From Yuukianura sp. NJ FZ-2021 (Eukaryota): DNA of 64,000 nucleotides. The translations under genes were made by a program, and so were the position numbers. Location: assembly GCA_046563655.1 (NCBI GenBank), contig CM102288.1, positions 2,542,001 to 2,606,000 of the forward strand, written 5' to 3'. Within the stretch, counting starts at the first letter, position 1, and each line of letters opens with the position of its first letter. Positions 32,270-43,959 of the stretch are shown one piece after another. Below the pieces are notes generated by a model. The model made no database searches and was not told the origin of the DNA. It worked only from the letters and a program-made list of their open reading frames with translations.

Positions 32270-35200
32270 TCAAATGACAGTGACCGAGTGATTGACCCGG
32301 TCCACAGCAAAAATATTTCCATTGGCAGTTGCAATTCCTTCAAGGCCCTTGAACTCCTGATCTCCACCCCAGCTCCCAATGGACTTTACAAACACTCCAT
32401 CAGGAGAAAAGATCTGAATCCGATTGTTTCCTAAACACAAAACAACAACAAAGTTAGACTTATACTGACAGTGACCTTAGTTTTGACCTTTCGTTTGCTC
32501 AAATGCCCTCATAACTAAAATGTTCATTCTCCATGAATTTTTTATGAGGAAGATGATGATGATGATGATGTTGAGCCTGGCAAGTCCATTTGAGGATTCT
32601 CTAAGTACTTGACACCCGATCCAACCCTAATCGCCTTCTCAACATCATCAAGACACAAAGACTATTCTGAAATGCATCTTAAGATCTTTTGAACCTTGAA
32701 GGTTCCATTGTGTATCATTCTGAAGGGGGTAATGGGGCTACTTAATTGCGAAGGGGGTCTTAGGGGGGGGGACTTAATCGCCTCTATTGTCCACTTTCTC
32801 CAAAGAGAAATGTTTCTTATAAAAATAATTGTGGGAAAACTTGCCTGAATCTCCAACAACGATGTAGCCCGACTCATCTACTGCCACGCCCCTACGGATA
32901 AAAATTTGACTTAAGAATTTTTTAGGATTTTTCGAATTTTAGATTAAGTGTTTCCCAAAAAGAAAAAATTAGCATTCCTTTGTGCGAAAGAGTTAAGATT
33001 TGGAAAAGTGAAAGTGATTTTGTGTTTGGTAGTCAAACGGTTGTAAAAGCTTTTTGTATTAAAGATTCGCGCTTTGTTAATTAAGGGAGCAGGTGAGGCA
33101 GAAGGAGAGCCCTTCAAGGGCCACTTTTGTTTTTAAATGTTTTTCAATTTTCTCCGTTACAGGGAGAAAGTTGGTAGGAAAAAGAACACACGACGACCAC
33201 GGCAAAAGAGATCAAAATAGGCAGTGGAATTTTAATTGAAGAGGGAGAAAGCAAAGCAATTGTTCTAATTCGAAATTTCAACTTTTTGCAGAGAGATAAA
33301 ATCTTAAACTTTCTCCCAATTTGGAATACGGAAACCACAATTTTCTTTAGTGTGATTTTGAAAATGTAACGAAAGAAGAAATGCTAACTGGAGGACCACA
33401 GCACGAATTCGGTTCTATGCGATTTTTTTTGACAAGTCTGATAAAAAAAAAGTAGAGAAAGCAGCAGCATTAGCATAGAAAAGAAGAAATAAAAGTTTTG
33501 AGACAAAAAATAACTCAGAGTGGGTGGTGAATTTTTTTCGTTTTTGCTAATTTGAAACACAGTTGGAGTCAAAAGTGTTTTCAAGATCAAAGTCTGTTCA
33601 TTTTTAGAAAGACAAAGAAAGCACGAATTGAATTCTTAGTATTTTTGTTACATTGCTGTGGTTGACACAAATTGGGATTGACTTTTTTCTTGATCTTCAA
33701 TTTTCAAAATTGCGTGGACGGAGAGAGGAAAAAACCGGCGGTTTTTTCCTCTTTGGTTTTCATTTTGAAAATAAAAAGTTTACAAGCCAAAAACTTTCAC
33801 TTTTTTTTTCTAAGAATTCGGTTAAGATAAAAAAGACAACAGAACAACAGATTTTGAAAAAACAAAACAAAAATTTCCGCAAGTTATTTTTGCGTTTCAT
33901 GTAACAATTTGTACAATTGACAAAAACATTTTTTGATCTCTTTTGGTATAGGATGCACGTGGATTATTAGTTTGTGTGTTCACACTGGTGGTAAGAGTCT
34001 TTTTGCCTCCCACTTTGACCTTTGACCTTCAAGGTCAATTTGAGGTCACGCTGCTACTTCCATTTTGACTACTTCAACAAAATCACCACACTTCTCGATT
34101 TGAAAAACAGTAAAATGGTAAACTCCATGTTGGCGCCAACTTTTAAATTTAAATTTGAACTGAATTCGTATTGTGTCCTTTGTAGCTTTCTCTTTCTCAC
34201 TTTTCCCTTTCACTTTCTTTTTGAGTGTGGTTTTCGTACCTGGGAGACTTTAAGAAGCCTTCGTCGCTTCCTTCCGAGCCAAAACATGACAAGACTTTTC
34301 CATTGACATCGAAGATTTGAATTCGTGAATTATTCGTATCAGACACAACGACTTTGTTCGTAGAAGTTACTGCGATGTAATGCGGATGCGACAACTCTCC
34401 GATCTTTGTTCCTGGACTCCCAAATTTACCCACAAAAGTACCGTCGGACTGGAACACCTAAAACCATAATTCCGTACCCTTAAGGGCCAATTCCCGCTTT
34501 CTAAGGGCCCAGCGACCGGCGCTGACGTAAACATACGACACAAAAAGCTTCTTCGAAGTTTATGAATTTGTAAAATTCTAGCTTTTGACTGTAAAGGTCA
34601 AAAGGTTTTTCGGTGGGAATTGAATTTTTTATGCAGTTTGGCCAATTTCAAGGAAAGAAACCGTCAGAGGCCGTCATTCCGTCAGCGCCCGTCATTTGAC
34701 GACCTTGGAAACTGCTGCGGTCATATTAAGAATGCATTTGACGGTTGGCCATTTTTCCTACCTGAATGCGGGATTCCTCACAGACGTAAATAAAGTTAAG
34801 GGCATCTGTTGTCACTCCAAGGGGATAGGAAAATTTCCCAGGGGCCTCCCCTTGACTTCCAAAGGCTCGTAAAAACCGTCCACTCGGATCAAAAACTATT
34901 TCGTACAGACAGAATTTTCAAAAAACGAGTGTTTTTTCAGAAATGGGGTTTTTGTGGTAGCCGTTTTCAAAAAAGAGGCCGTGAAAGTTGAATTTTCCAG
35001 CAGAAGCGACAAGATTTAAGTATCTTTTGAAAAACGATCGCAGTGTTTTTGTAATTTGAAATTCAAAGGGTGACGTGTTGACGCTCAGCAGAATTGTAAC
35101 GGGGGAGCTGCTGCTGGTTTGATTTTTGATGACAAAAGAATTGAGGACCCTAAAGGAACTTGCGTGACTGGAAAGTTCAACTTCCGAAACACCGATTTTT

Positions 35201-38200
35201 GAAATATAAAAAAAGCGGGAAACGACTTCCTGTTTGAAATAAAAATCGAACTTGCCTTGAATTCTGTGATTATAACGATCTGAAACTATAAACTGTCCAA
35301 TTCGATTCACCCAAACGGCTCCAGGACAATCAAATTCTCCGTCTCCACTCTTAAAATTTTGAAAAAATTTAGATTCTTTTTTTTCGAAATTCGGTCAGTT
35401 TTCTCCGCGTTTTTCATCACGAAGGTAATGCAAATAAAATGGAACATTTAAATTTTGAATTTTACCCCGTAAGAGCCAAATTCTTTGATAAAATTTCCCA
35501 ATTCGTCGAAAACGCAAATTCGGTGATTTCTAAAATTTCAATTTTTTAAAATGAATCCCCAGTTCTGTGAAAAAATGAAATTTTGATTTTGTTTTTAAAA
35601 TTGAGTTACGTCGAGTCAGCCACGACGACTCGAACGGATCCATCAGGTTCCTCAGCACAACAAATTCCACGCGGCCAAGTTAATTTTCCCGCTTCAGATC
35701 CACGACTGCCAAACTTATACTGGATCCTATTCTTATTAGCATAGGGATGTCCAGGAGTACTAAAAGATAGTCGTTTCGGACGAGTGTCCGACATTCCCAA
35801 ACCGGTACTCGAACCGGTACCTGGATGGCTCCCTGAAGCCGATTCATCAACACTCATGCCCCTCTCAACCCGCTTTTCGCCCTTTCCATACTTATTTTTC
35901 AGATACCGCGCCCAGGAGCTCAAACTTTCGTCAGTTTGACTCTGATCGGTTGATGTCGCCGTAGACAGTTTGCGACGTCGTCGCCCTGCAGCACCTTGGC
36001 GACCACTGCCCGAACTTAGCAAAATGTCGTCAGGTTCAAGGTCTGGATGAAAGTCTAGTGATGCTGCTCGAGCTCCGAGCAGAACGTCATGTGTCGACTT
36101 GGACTTGGACACTTTCGGGCCCTTTTTATCTCTGCTGCTTTTGCTACTAGAGGGCGCCTCTACAACTGAACACACACAAGAAGCGGATTAGTCAAAGCGG
36201 AACTCTCCCGCCAAAAACTTACGTTTGGATAAATAGGAAGGACGACTGTAGGAGGAAGTACCGTAACGTGATGATGGAGACGACGTTGTCGTGCTGGTCG
36301 TCAAGGGAGTGTCGTCGTCAAAAGTGTGACGAGAGCGGTTGAGATACTTGCTGGCTAAGCCGGAGTACCTAGATGGCGTCGTTGTAGTACTGGGAGAGTC
36401 GTCAGTCGAAGTATTGTACACAGTACTGCGTGACCGTGCTAATGCGCTGCCAGTACTTCCAGTTCCATAGTCACTGCTTCCAGCATTGGTTCTTGAATTG
36501 TATCGTCCATAATTTCTGTAAACGTATTTTAAAAAAAGTTCATTTACGTAAAAGCGTAAATTTTACGTAAAAAAGAAGTAAATTCTCTCATTTTCCCTGA
36601 GATTCTTTCTCCTCAACTGAAGACGCGACCTCATGCCCAACTAATTAAAATCTCTGAATTTTCACACAAAGTAGTCTGCAATGCGACTCTGGCGCATGTT
36701 AACTTATGCTAGAAATATTTAACTAGGGCAAGCTTTCCCTCCCTTTCCTTCTCATAATCATAATCGTAAATGTTAACAACGTTCCACTACCACAACTTTC
36801 TCCATTCAAAAATTCAAAACTAGTTTCATACTTTTTTCTTTTGAAAATTTTCCTGCTCTTCCCATCTTGTCGCTCCTCCCAAATAATAAGATCAAAAGTT
36901 TTGCCAAAAGAGGGTCATAATAGGATACGAAGGAATTGGAATCTGTGATGCTTGAAATTTGGTTTTTAAGTTTATTTTTTTGAGTTTTCATATTTTGAGA
37001 AAAGAGAAAGTTTTGGAGAAAGCTGTTGGCAGTCGTAGTGACTGTTGTGGGTGATTGTTTTGGGTGGGCCATAAAGTGGTGGTGGTGGTGTCAAGGATTT
37101 ATGGACTTCCGTGTCATTTTTTTGGAGGAAGAAAACTGGCGGGAGAAAGTGGGAAAATGAAAACATTTTTCTTCATAAAGAACCAAAAGCGGATCTTGCC
37201 AAGGAAAGAGGAAGAGGATTTTTGAAGAAAAAAATTTCTCTCCAAAAACTGAAAAGAAAGTGGTTGACTTAAGGACACCCTTCACTAAATGTAACCACGC
37301 GATCGCCCAACGGAGAAAGTTGAAAAAATCAACTTTTTCTTCGAACTTTCTGAAAAAAAAATGAACTTTTTTGAAATTTTGAAAAAAAAATTGTTTACTT
37401 ACGTATTTGACGATGGATTTGTCGGCGTCGTGGGTGTAGTTGGAGCAGTGTAACGCGAAATTTCACGATCCGGCGGTGACGTCACTCGCGTTGCAGCATC
37501 ACGTGTCCTCCTATAGCTCGATACTGTAAGCGGCGGGGACTCTTTTTTTGAATTTGTATAGTTCGTGCTCGTATTCCCGCGCTCATTGGCACTTCGAGCC
37601 AGTAAAGGCCCAATGTCAGTTCGTTCCATTCTGGCAGCAGCCCCGGTGAGACTCGAACCCCCGCCACCCTTGTCTGCTCCGCTGCTTTGCACCACCTTGC
37701 TGCCCTTGTCCTCTTCTTCCGACTCCTCTGACTCCGTTTCTTCCTCTTCTTCAGAAGAGCTTGACTCTTCTTTAGCCTCTGCCGTTGGAGTATTGGTTCT
37801 TCCTAGGTATCGAGTCGTAAAGGTGGGTTTAGAGTTGGTGGCTGTCGTGGTGGGGCGAGAAGTGGGGCCAGTTGACCCACCAGTTGTTACAGCAGTTCCA
37901 CCTGAGGAATTGATAGGAGGAGAAGGAACAGAAGAAGTAGGTTTATCAGCAGAAGAAGAAGTTTTTGAAAGAAAGCGCTGACGGATTTCATCCATAGTGA
38001 AAGCAGCACCTGAACTCACCAAATTTGGAATTTTTTCGAAATTTGGAAATTTCAAATTTCGAAACCTAATTGTTTTGAAAAGGATGTTTAGAGAAAGTTT
38101 GAAAAATGGCTTACCAGTATTTCTGCTAGCGTTGCTCGAGGCAGTTGAGCTTTCACTTGAGCCAGAATCGGAGCTTTCACTTCTATTCTTAGCCGGGTAT

Positions 38201-41200
38201 CTTTCTGGACTCAATTTTCTGGGGAGTCGGTCATTTCCTGTAGCCGTGGGATGTGACACGTCCAAAGGCTCCCTGTCATGCACTTCGCCACTTTCTGAAG
38301 GTGTCCTGGAAGTCGTTCGCTCATTGGCCAGCGGTTTTGGTTCAATACTGGCTTGGCGTCTGGCTGGAACCGGAGCACGGGCTTCTGCTACAGCGACTGG
38401 TTGCGTCACTTTGGTAGATGACGCTGCAGTCTCTTTGTTAGCTCGTTTCTGTTTGGCAATTTCGTCATCTTCCGAAAGTTGCCGAGAGGGAGCACGCCAC
38501 GGTGCCTTGACTTCTGCAACGGTCGCCGCCGCGGCGGTTGTAATTGGTGCAGGAGGAGGTGGAGCCACGGTTTTCGGTATGCGTGGCCCAAGTTCCGTTT
38601 CTTGAACTCTTTGAATTACCCGCGGAGAGTCCAAGAGTCGAACCAATCCGGAAATTGGCCCTCGGGCAATATCTTCTGTGTCTAAAACTCTTTCGCGCTC
38701 TCGGCGCGCTGATTCGTTTCCCGAATCGAACCGAACCCCACGCGAATCAGCCGTTTCGTCAAAAGTGTTATCCGGTAAATGACGGGCAAATCGAGACCGA
38801 AAACGTTTTCGTTCTGTTTGAGGCTGTGGCGTTTCAAACTGATCCAAATCCGCTCCGCCTTTTTTTCTGCCGAAGACTGGGCTCGATCGCCCGCCTCCTC
38901 CGGATGGCCCAGAATCGTCGTAGTCATTGTTCCTATACTGCGTAGTCAGACGATGATCACTTTTACTGCGCATGAGTCCAGAGCCAAACTGAGCTTGAGA
39001 TGAACTATGATGAAGGTTAGGTTGAGCTACGTTCCCCGTGGGGTTACTGGGGGGCAAATGAAGGTCACCGTATGTAGCTAAAGTGACTTGAAGTGTATTG
39101 GGGTCAGCCCCCATTAGAAATCGGACTCTTCGGGCATAGTCTCCTGGTTCATAGTCAAATGATCTTATAAATTCCATTGTTTTGAGAAATATGTCTTTGG
39201 TGTCCATCAGTTCCGAGTCATCCCAGGTTGTAGATGGCGCTGCGTCGGGTGAAATGTACTTTTCAACTAGTTCGCAATTTGACGTGATATTGCCCACTTC
39301 CTGCTCCATGTTGTATTTAAACACGTTCAAAGTTTTGAGTTCAGTTTGAAGATACCGCTCAACTTCGTGCTTCATGTACTCCGATCGGTCTTTTAGTGCT
39401 TTCGCAAGACGTCTACAATTTTTCAAAAAAGACATAACTCATGTATACACAAAGTTTTGAAAATTTTAGTTTAACTATATGTTTAACTTTAGTTGATTAA
39501 CCTGTAAATGTCATCTATTTCCTCCATGACACTGAGACTGTTTTGTTGAAGCAGAAGTGAATTTTTGTCAGCCAAGGTCAAGGCATCTTCCAGTCGATGC
39601 AGAACTCTGCGTACTTGGTTGCTGATTCTGGAAATTTCTCGTTTGAGCACATCCATATGAGCATCTTTGCACTCTGTACAGATCTTTTTGTCACAGTGAG
39701 CACAGACTACAAGGTAGGACTTTTCGGAACAAACTTGACATCTCTCCATGATCTGATTTGAAGTGGGGTCAGGCAATTCCCCGGTCAAGTCGATATGAAG
39801 CTCCAGAAATCGCTGGAGAGTGACGTTCGTCGGAAACGCCTGAACGCCCTGGTATGGGATCCTGTGCTCCGCTCGACATTCGGGACATTTGACCTTGACA
39901 TTTCAAAAAAAAAGAATCAAAATTTGAAAAAAAAAATTTAGCTTGCTTCTCGTTTTTTGGAATTTACTTTCTCCTGGAAAATTGTGGCTGATTAATGACG
40001 CTAAAAACTTTAATGTTTGAAAATCTTGGCAAAAAATTATGATATTTAGCTCCATGCTCTTTCTTTTCTCGCACCCTTTTGTAATTACTACTGTAGTAAT
40101 TGCAATTACTCTTAATTATGTAATTGTAATTCATGGATTTGTTGGGAAGTAGTGTTTTAATTGTTCCGTTGACTTAAAGTTGAACTAATATTTCTCTCTG
40201 TTTCTAATGTTGATAAATGGAGAAAAGAAATTAGGAAGTATAGAGTGATTTATGGTTGCGTGTGTGTCCTATTCCTCTGTATAATATTACTCTAAATCCA
40301 TGTCACAAATTTTATCCTCTTCCAAAAACAGTTTCTTCTGAAAAAATTCGTCTTTTTCAAAAAACAGTTTGTGTCTCCAGCTGCTTTGAGGCTTTCTTAG
40401 AAAAGTTTCACTTCTTAGCGAGAATTTGCACTGTACTGTTCGTGTGTTGTGACTGACGAGTGTAATTGTGTGTAAATCTAATTACTTTTAGTGCTAAAGT
40501 CTTTGGACTTTGCAGAAAAGTCTGCTACGCAATAACAAAGATCCCAAAAGTTAGTTTGAACTTTCATCAATTTCGATTTTTTTTCGATCCGCTGATTCCG
40601 GGGATTAGTCGCCCTAGTTCTATTTTTTTTTTAATTTAGGCTGATTAAATCGCTAAAGCTACTGAAAGAAACCAGAAAAGTTCGACTTCTGGCTGTTGTT
40701 GTTTTCTTTTTAATTTATTTTCACTTTTTGGAAGTAGATTTTCGTTTTTCTATTTACTGATTTTGTAAATTTGCCAAGTTTCGTTGAACTCAATAAGAAT
40801 TTCGAATTCCAAACTTAAAACTTAAATGTTTTTGACCTTGTATCAATTCCAAAACGGGAATTTTTGGCAACGGGATGGCTCCCAGGTCCTGTTTTTACTT
40901 TTTTATTTTCCTTACTTCGGAATGCTAATTTATCCTTTTTAGCAGTTGACAATTCCGTTTCATGTTTAAAACACGACGTCATTTACCTCCCTCGCCCACC
41001 TTCACGACTTAAAGCTAAAGCAGACGGATCTGTCCGCGGATTCTGCCTTTTAGTCACCCTCTGCTTTTTTTGGCAACTGATCATCATCATGACGGAGGAT
41101 GACTGAATTCTGCCTTTAAATTTCTGATGACGACTTTACAGTTAAACTAACAATCGGAAACGTCGAAATTTTTGGCAACTTTTTTTTACTTGGCGAATCG

Positions 41201-42419
41201 AATTTCCAAAAAATTTCTAATGACTCATCGCCTCCAATTTACGACTCGACGATCTCTACGGAAAAGATGCTGAGTCGGTGTGACATTGATGGGGGTCCGC
41301 CTACCCTATTAGTTTTCACTACTTTCTCCCCGCATCCTGGTGTCCCACTTAACTTTGGTCCAAACCCCGCCAGATTTCAAACTAAAACTTTATGGTCATC
41401 GTCCAATTTGAACCAGTGGGAGTCACAGGATCTGTTCAAACAGTGTTCAAACAGGAGAGCCAAGAATTTCAAAAAAGTCCTTTTTTGAATTTCTCTCCCG
41501 TATGTTTCAATGAAGTAAAATGGAACCGGGCTTTTTTATTTTATGTCTTGGGAGTCCGGAGCTAGCTTACTCCGCGTGCCAAATCTGTTCAGAACAACTT
41601 ATTTTTAGAATTTTTTCAAAATGGGAATGCATCTCATCCCGTGTCATGGCCTCTGACTGTGCGCCTATCCAGAAACCTAAAGTGATTCTAGAAGTTCCTG
41701 CACTTTCCAAAAACTTTACTCATTTTACACGAAAAGTTTTTCAATAATTGATTTTTGGACGATTTTGGTGTGGTTTTGTGCACGGAAAACCTAATTTACA
41801 CCAAACTACTAAAAATACGAACATAACCGATCCTACTACCAACTAACTAAATTTTGTGCCATAACCGTTAGGTTTATAACCTAATTTCGCCAAAGTACAC
41901 CCCAGACCATGTTAAGTTCTTAACCTAACTTCAAACAAACTTTTACTTCCTTTCACTTCTGTTTTTGAAAAGGTCAGCTCCGAAATGAAACAAGAAACTA
42001 AAAACTAGTTTCAAAATGTGAAATTTCCAATTTTTTTGAAAATCTGATCGTTTTTTAGTTTTTTGCACACTGTAATGTCCAAACTTTGCCAATTTTTGGG
42101 TGTGATAGGAGGATTAAAAGCCTCACGTCCATTTCTACTGGTAGAGAGAGAGTTACGACTCTAGATTAAAAACTTTCACTTTGGTGAAACCCATTCTAAA
42201 ATTTATTAGAACCAGGAAACCTAATGTAACATTAACCTAAATTAGGTTAACCTAATCTAGAAGATGACCATTTAGTATACTAACCTGTCTTTTGACATAG
42301 TCCACGAGTCCCTCCATGCATGGTTCCATACAGAAGGAATGCTGACATGGCAGGAGCTTCGGATTCCTGTAGCGGTCGAGGCAAATGGCACAAGTAAGCA
42401 ATTGGTCAAATTGCTCCAT
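32270..42419 (-). CDS. tn: TRIM-NHL E3 ligase abba/thin ortholog (RING, B-box, coiled coil, long low-complexity linker, NHL repeats; 12 exons)
   Basis: N-terminus MEQFDQLLTCAICLDRYRNPKLLPCQHSFCMEPCMEGLVDYVKRQ|VKCPECRAEHRIPYQGVQAFPTNVTLQRFLELH closely resembles Drosophila Abba/Thin as I recall it; B-box CQVCSEKSYLVVCAHCDKKIC; NHL repeats (LTWPRGI, SDRYNHRIQVFD, LSHPHYIAV, GDSGNNRIQIF, EFKGLEGIA); TGA at 32272-32270. Confidence 0.93.
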
Positions 42420-43959
42420 TTTCAAAAACTATTTTTAGCGTTTCGAAGTTATGGCCACGACTCAGTGTATATAATTTTGGTCAATTTTCAAAAACTTTTT
42501 TGAAATGTTTTTTGAATAGAAGTAAATTTTGTTTGGACTTTGCAACACACTGGGTTTGTGTCAATTGAAAATTAAAGTGCGAGGTGGACTTAGAAAATCT
42601 TCTGAAATTTTTGTAAGAATTTGGACTTGGCTGTTCCCTGGAGTTGGTTGGGAACAAGAGTGAACGAGGAAGATGAATTTTTGAGTAAAAATAGAATTGG
42701 ATGAAGATGAAAGGGAGAGGGTGGTAGTACATTTAAGTCCTAACGTTCAGCAACTCCAAAATTTCTTTTTCGAAATTTCGAAACTTGTGATTATTACGAA
42801 TAAGACAAAACCACGACCAGAGTCATCCTCTAATTTTAGAACAACACGACAAACAACCCTAAAAAACTATTTTTAAGTTCAAATTCCATTCAGATCTGCC
42901 TCACAAAGAAAAAACAGTTTCAACTTCCAACAAAATTTAACAAAACAACTTTCATTTCGAAATCCAAAATTTTACAAATCTTGAGCCAGTTATCACCAGT
43001 TATTAACAAAATTCCAAAATGGCTGGCATTTCACTATTCTTTTCAAAATTTTGAAACCGAAAATTTAAAATTTGGAATGTAAAAAGAAAACTATAGAAAA
43101 CAACAACCTGAGAATTCATCTGGGACAATGTTTTCATCTTAACTTTTAATCAAATGGCGAAATTCCATTTTTTTTTTCTCAAAATTTTGAGAAAGTCGAA
43201 CTCCTTTTTCTCTTGCAGAGCGTTAGGTTAAGGTATGTTAGGTTGTGAAAACACGTTCGGCTGGTGAAAATGGGTAAATGATGAGATGGGTTATGCTAGT
43301 TTAACGTCTTTTGAAACTACTTTTCAATTTACTTTCCGAAGAGAGCATTTCCACTTCAAGTCTTACTCTTTTTGTGCAGGTTAGTTTAAGTTATGCTGTG
43401 TCGTATTTTATGGAACTTTCATTTCCTAATTGAACCCAAAATAAGTTTACACAATTCTACTATTTACTGTTAAGAAATTACTAATGGAGAAGTGTGAAAT
43501 GAATTTTTGGGTGAAAGTGGATTTGACACAAGAGAAACTCACATGATTTATTTTGTTCATTTAACTTCTTCCTTAAGTGCAAATAACTTTTTCTCATCAC
43601 TTTAATTCATAGAGTGTTGATTTATGAGATATACTTTGTTAAATGTTAGGTTAAGTAAGATCTAAAAGTCAACAATTCTAAACATTACAACAGGTACACA
43701 AGTCCTTAGCACGAGTTAAAGTGGTCTTCAGAGGTAGGGTCAAGGGTCAAGGGCTCTGTGACCCTTGGCCAAATTCTGCAGGAGCCAAAATTTAAAAAAA
43801 ACGCACCAAAACTACAAGTTCGTGTAGCTTTCACTCTTCAGACTCAAAATTTTGAAAATGTGGAGGTTGACTAAAACTCGGAATTCAAAACTTTCACTTT
43901 TTTTGTTCGTTTGAAGTCATTTGGACACCTTGCGGTTTTATTGGATGAACTTAACATTT

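Noticed and set aside
37482..39003. Long plus-strand and alternative-frame ORFs (138, 202, 133 aa) overlapping abba
   Set aside because: Antisense shadows of a GC-richer low-complexity coding exon.
40986..41103. Possible alternative exon in abba intron 1 (MMMISCQKKQRV...)
   Set aside because: The donor phase does not match the next exon and no homology is recognised.
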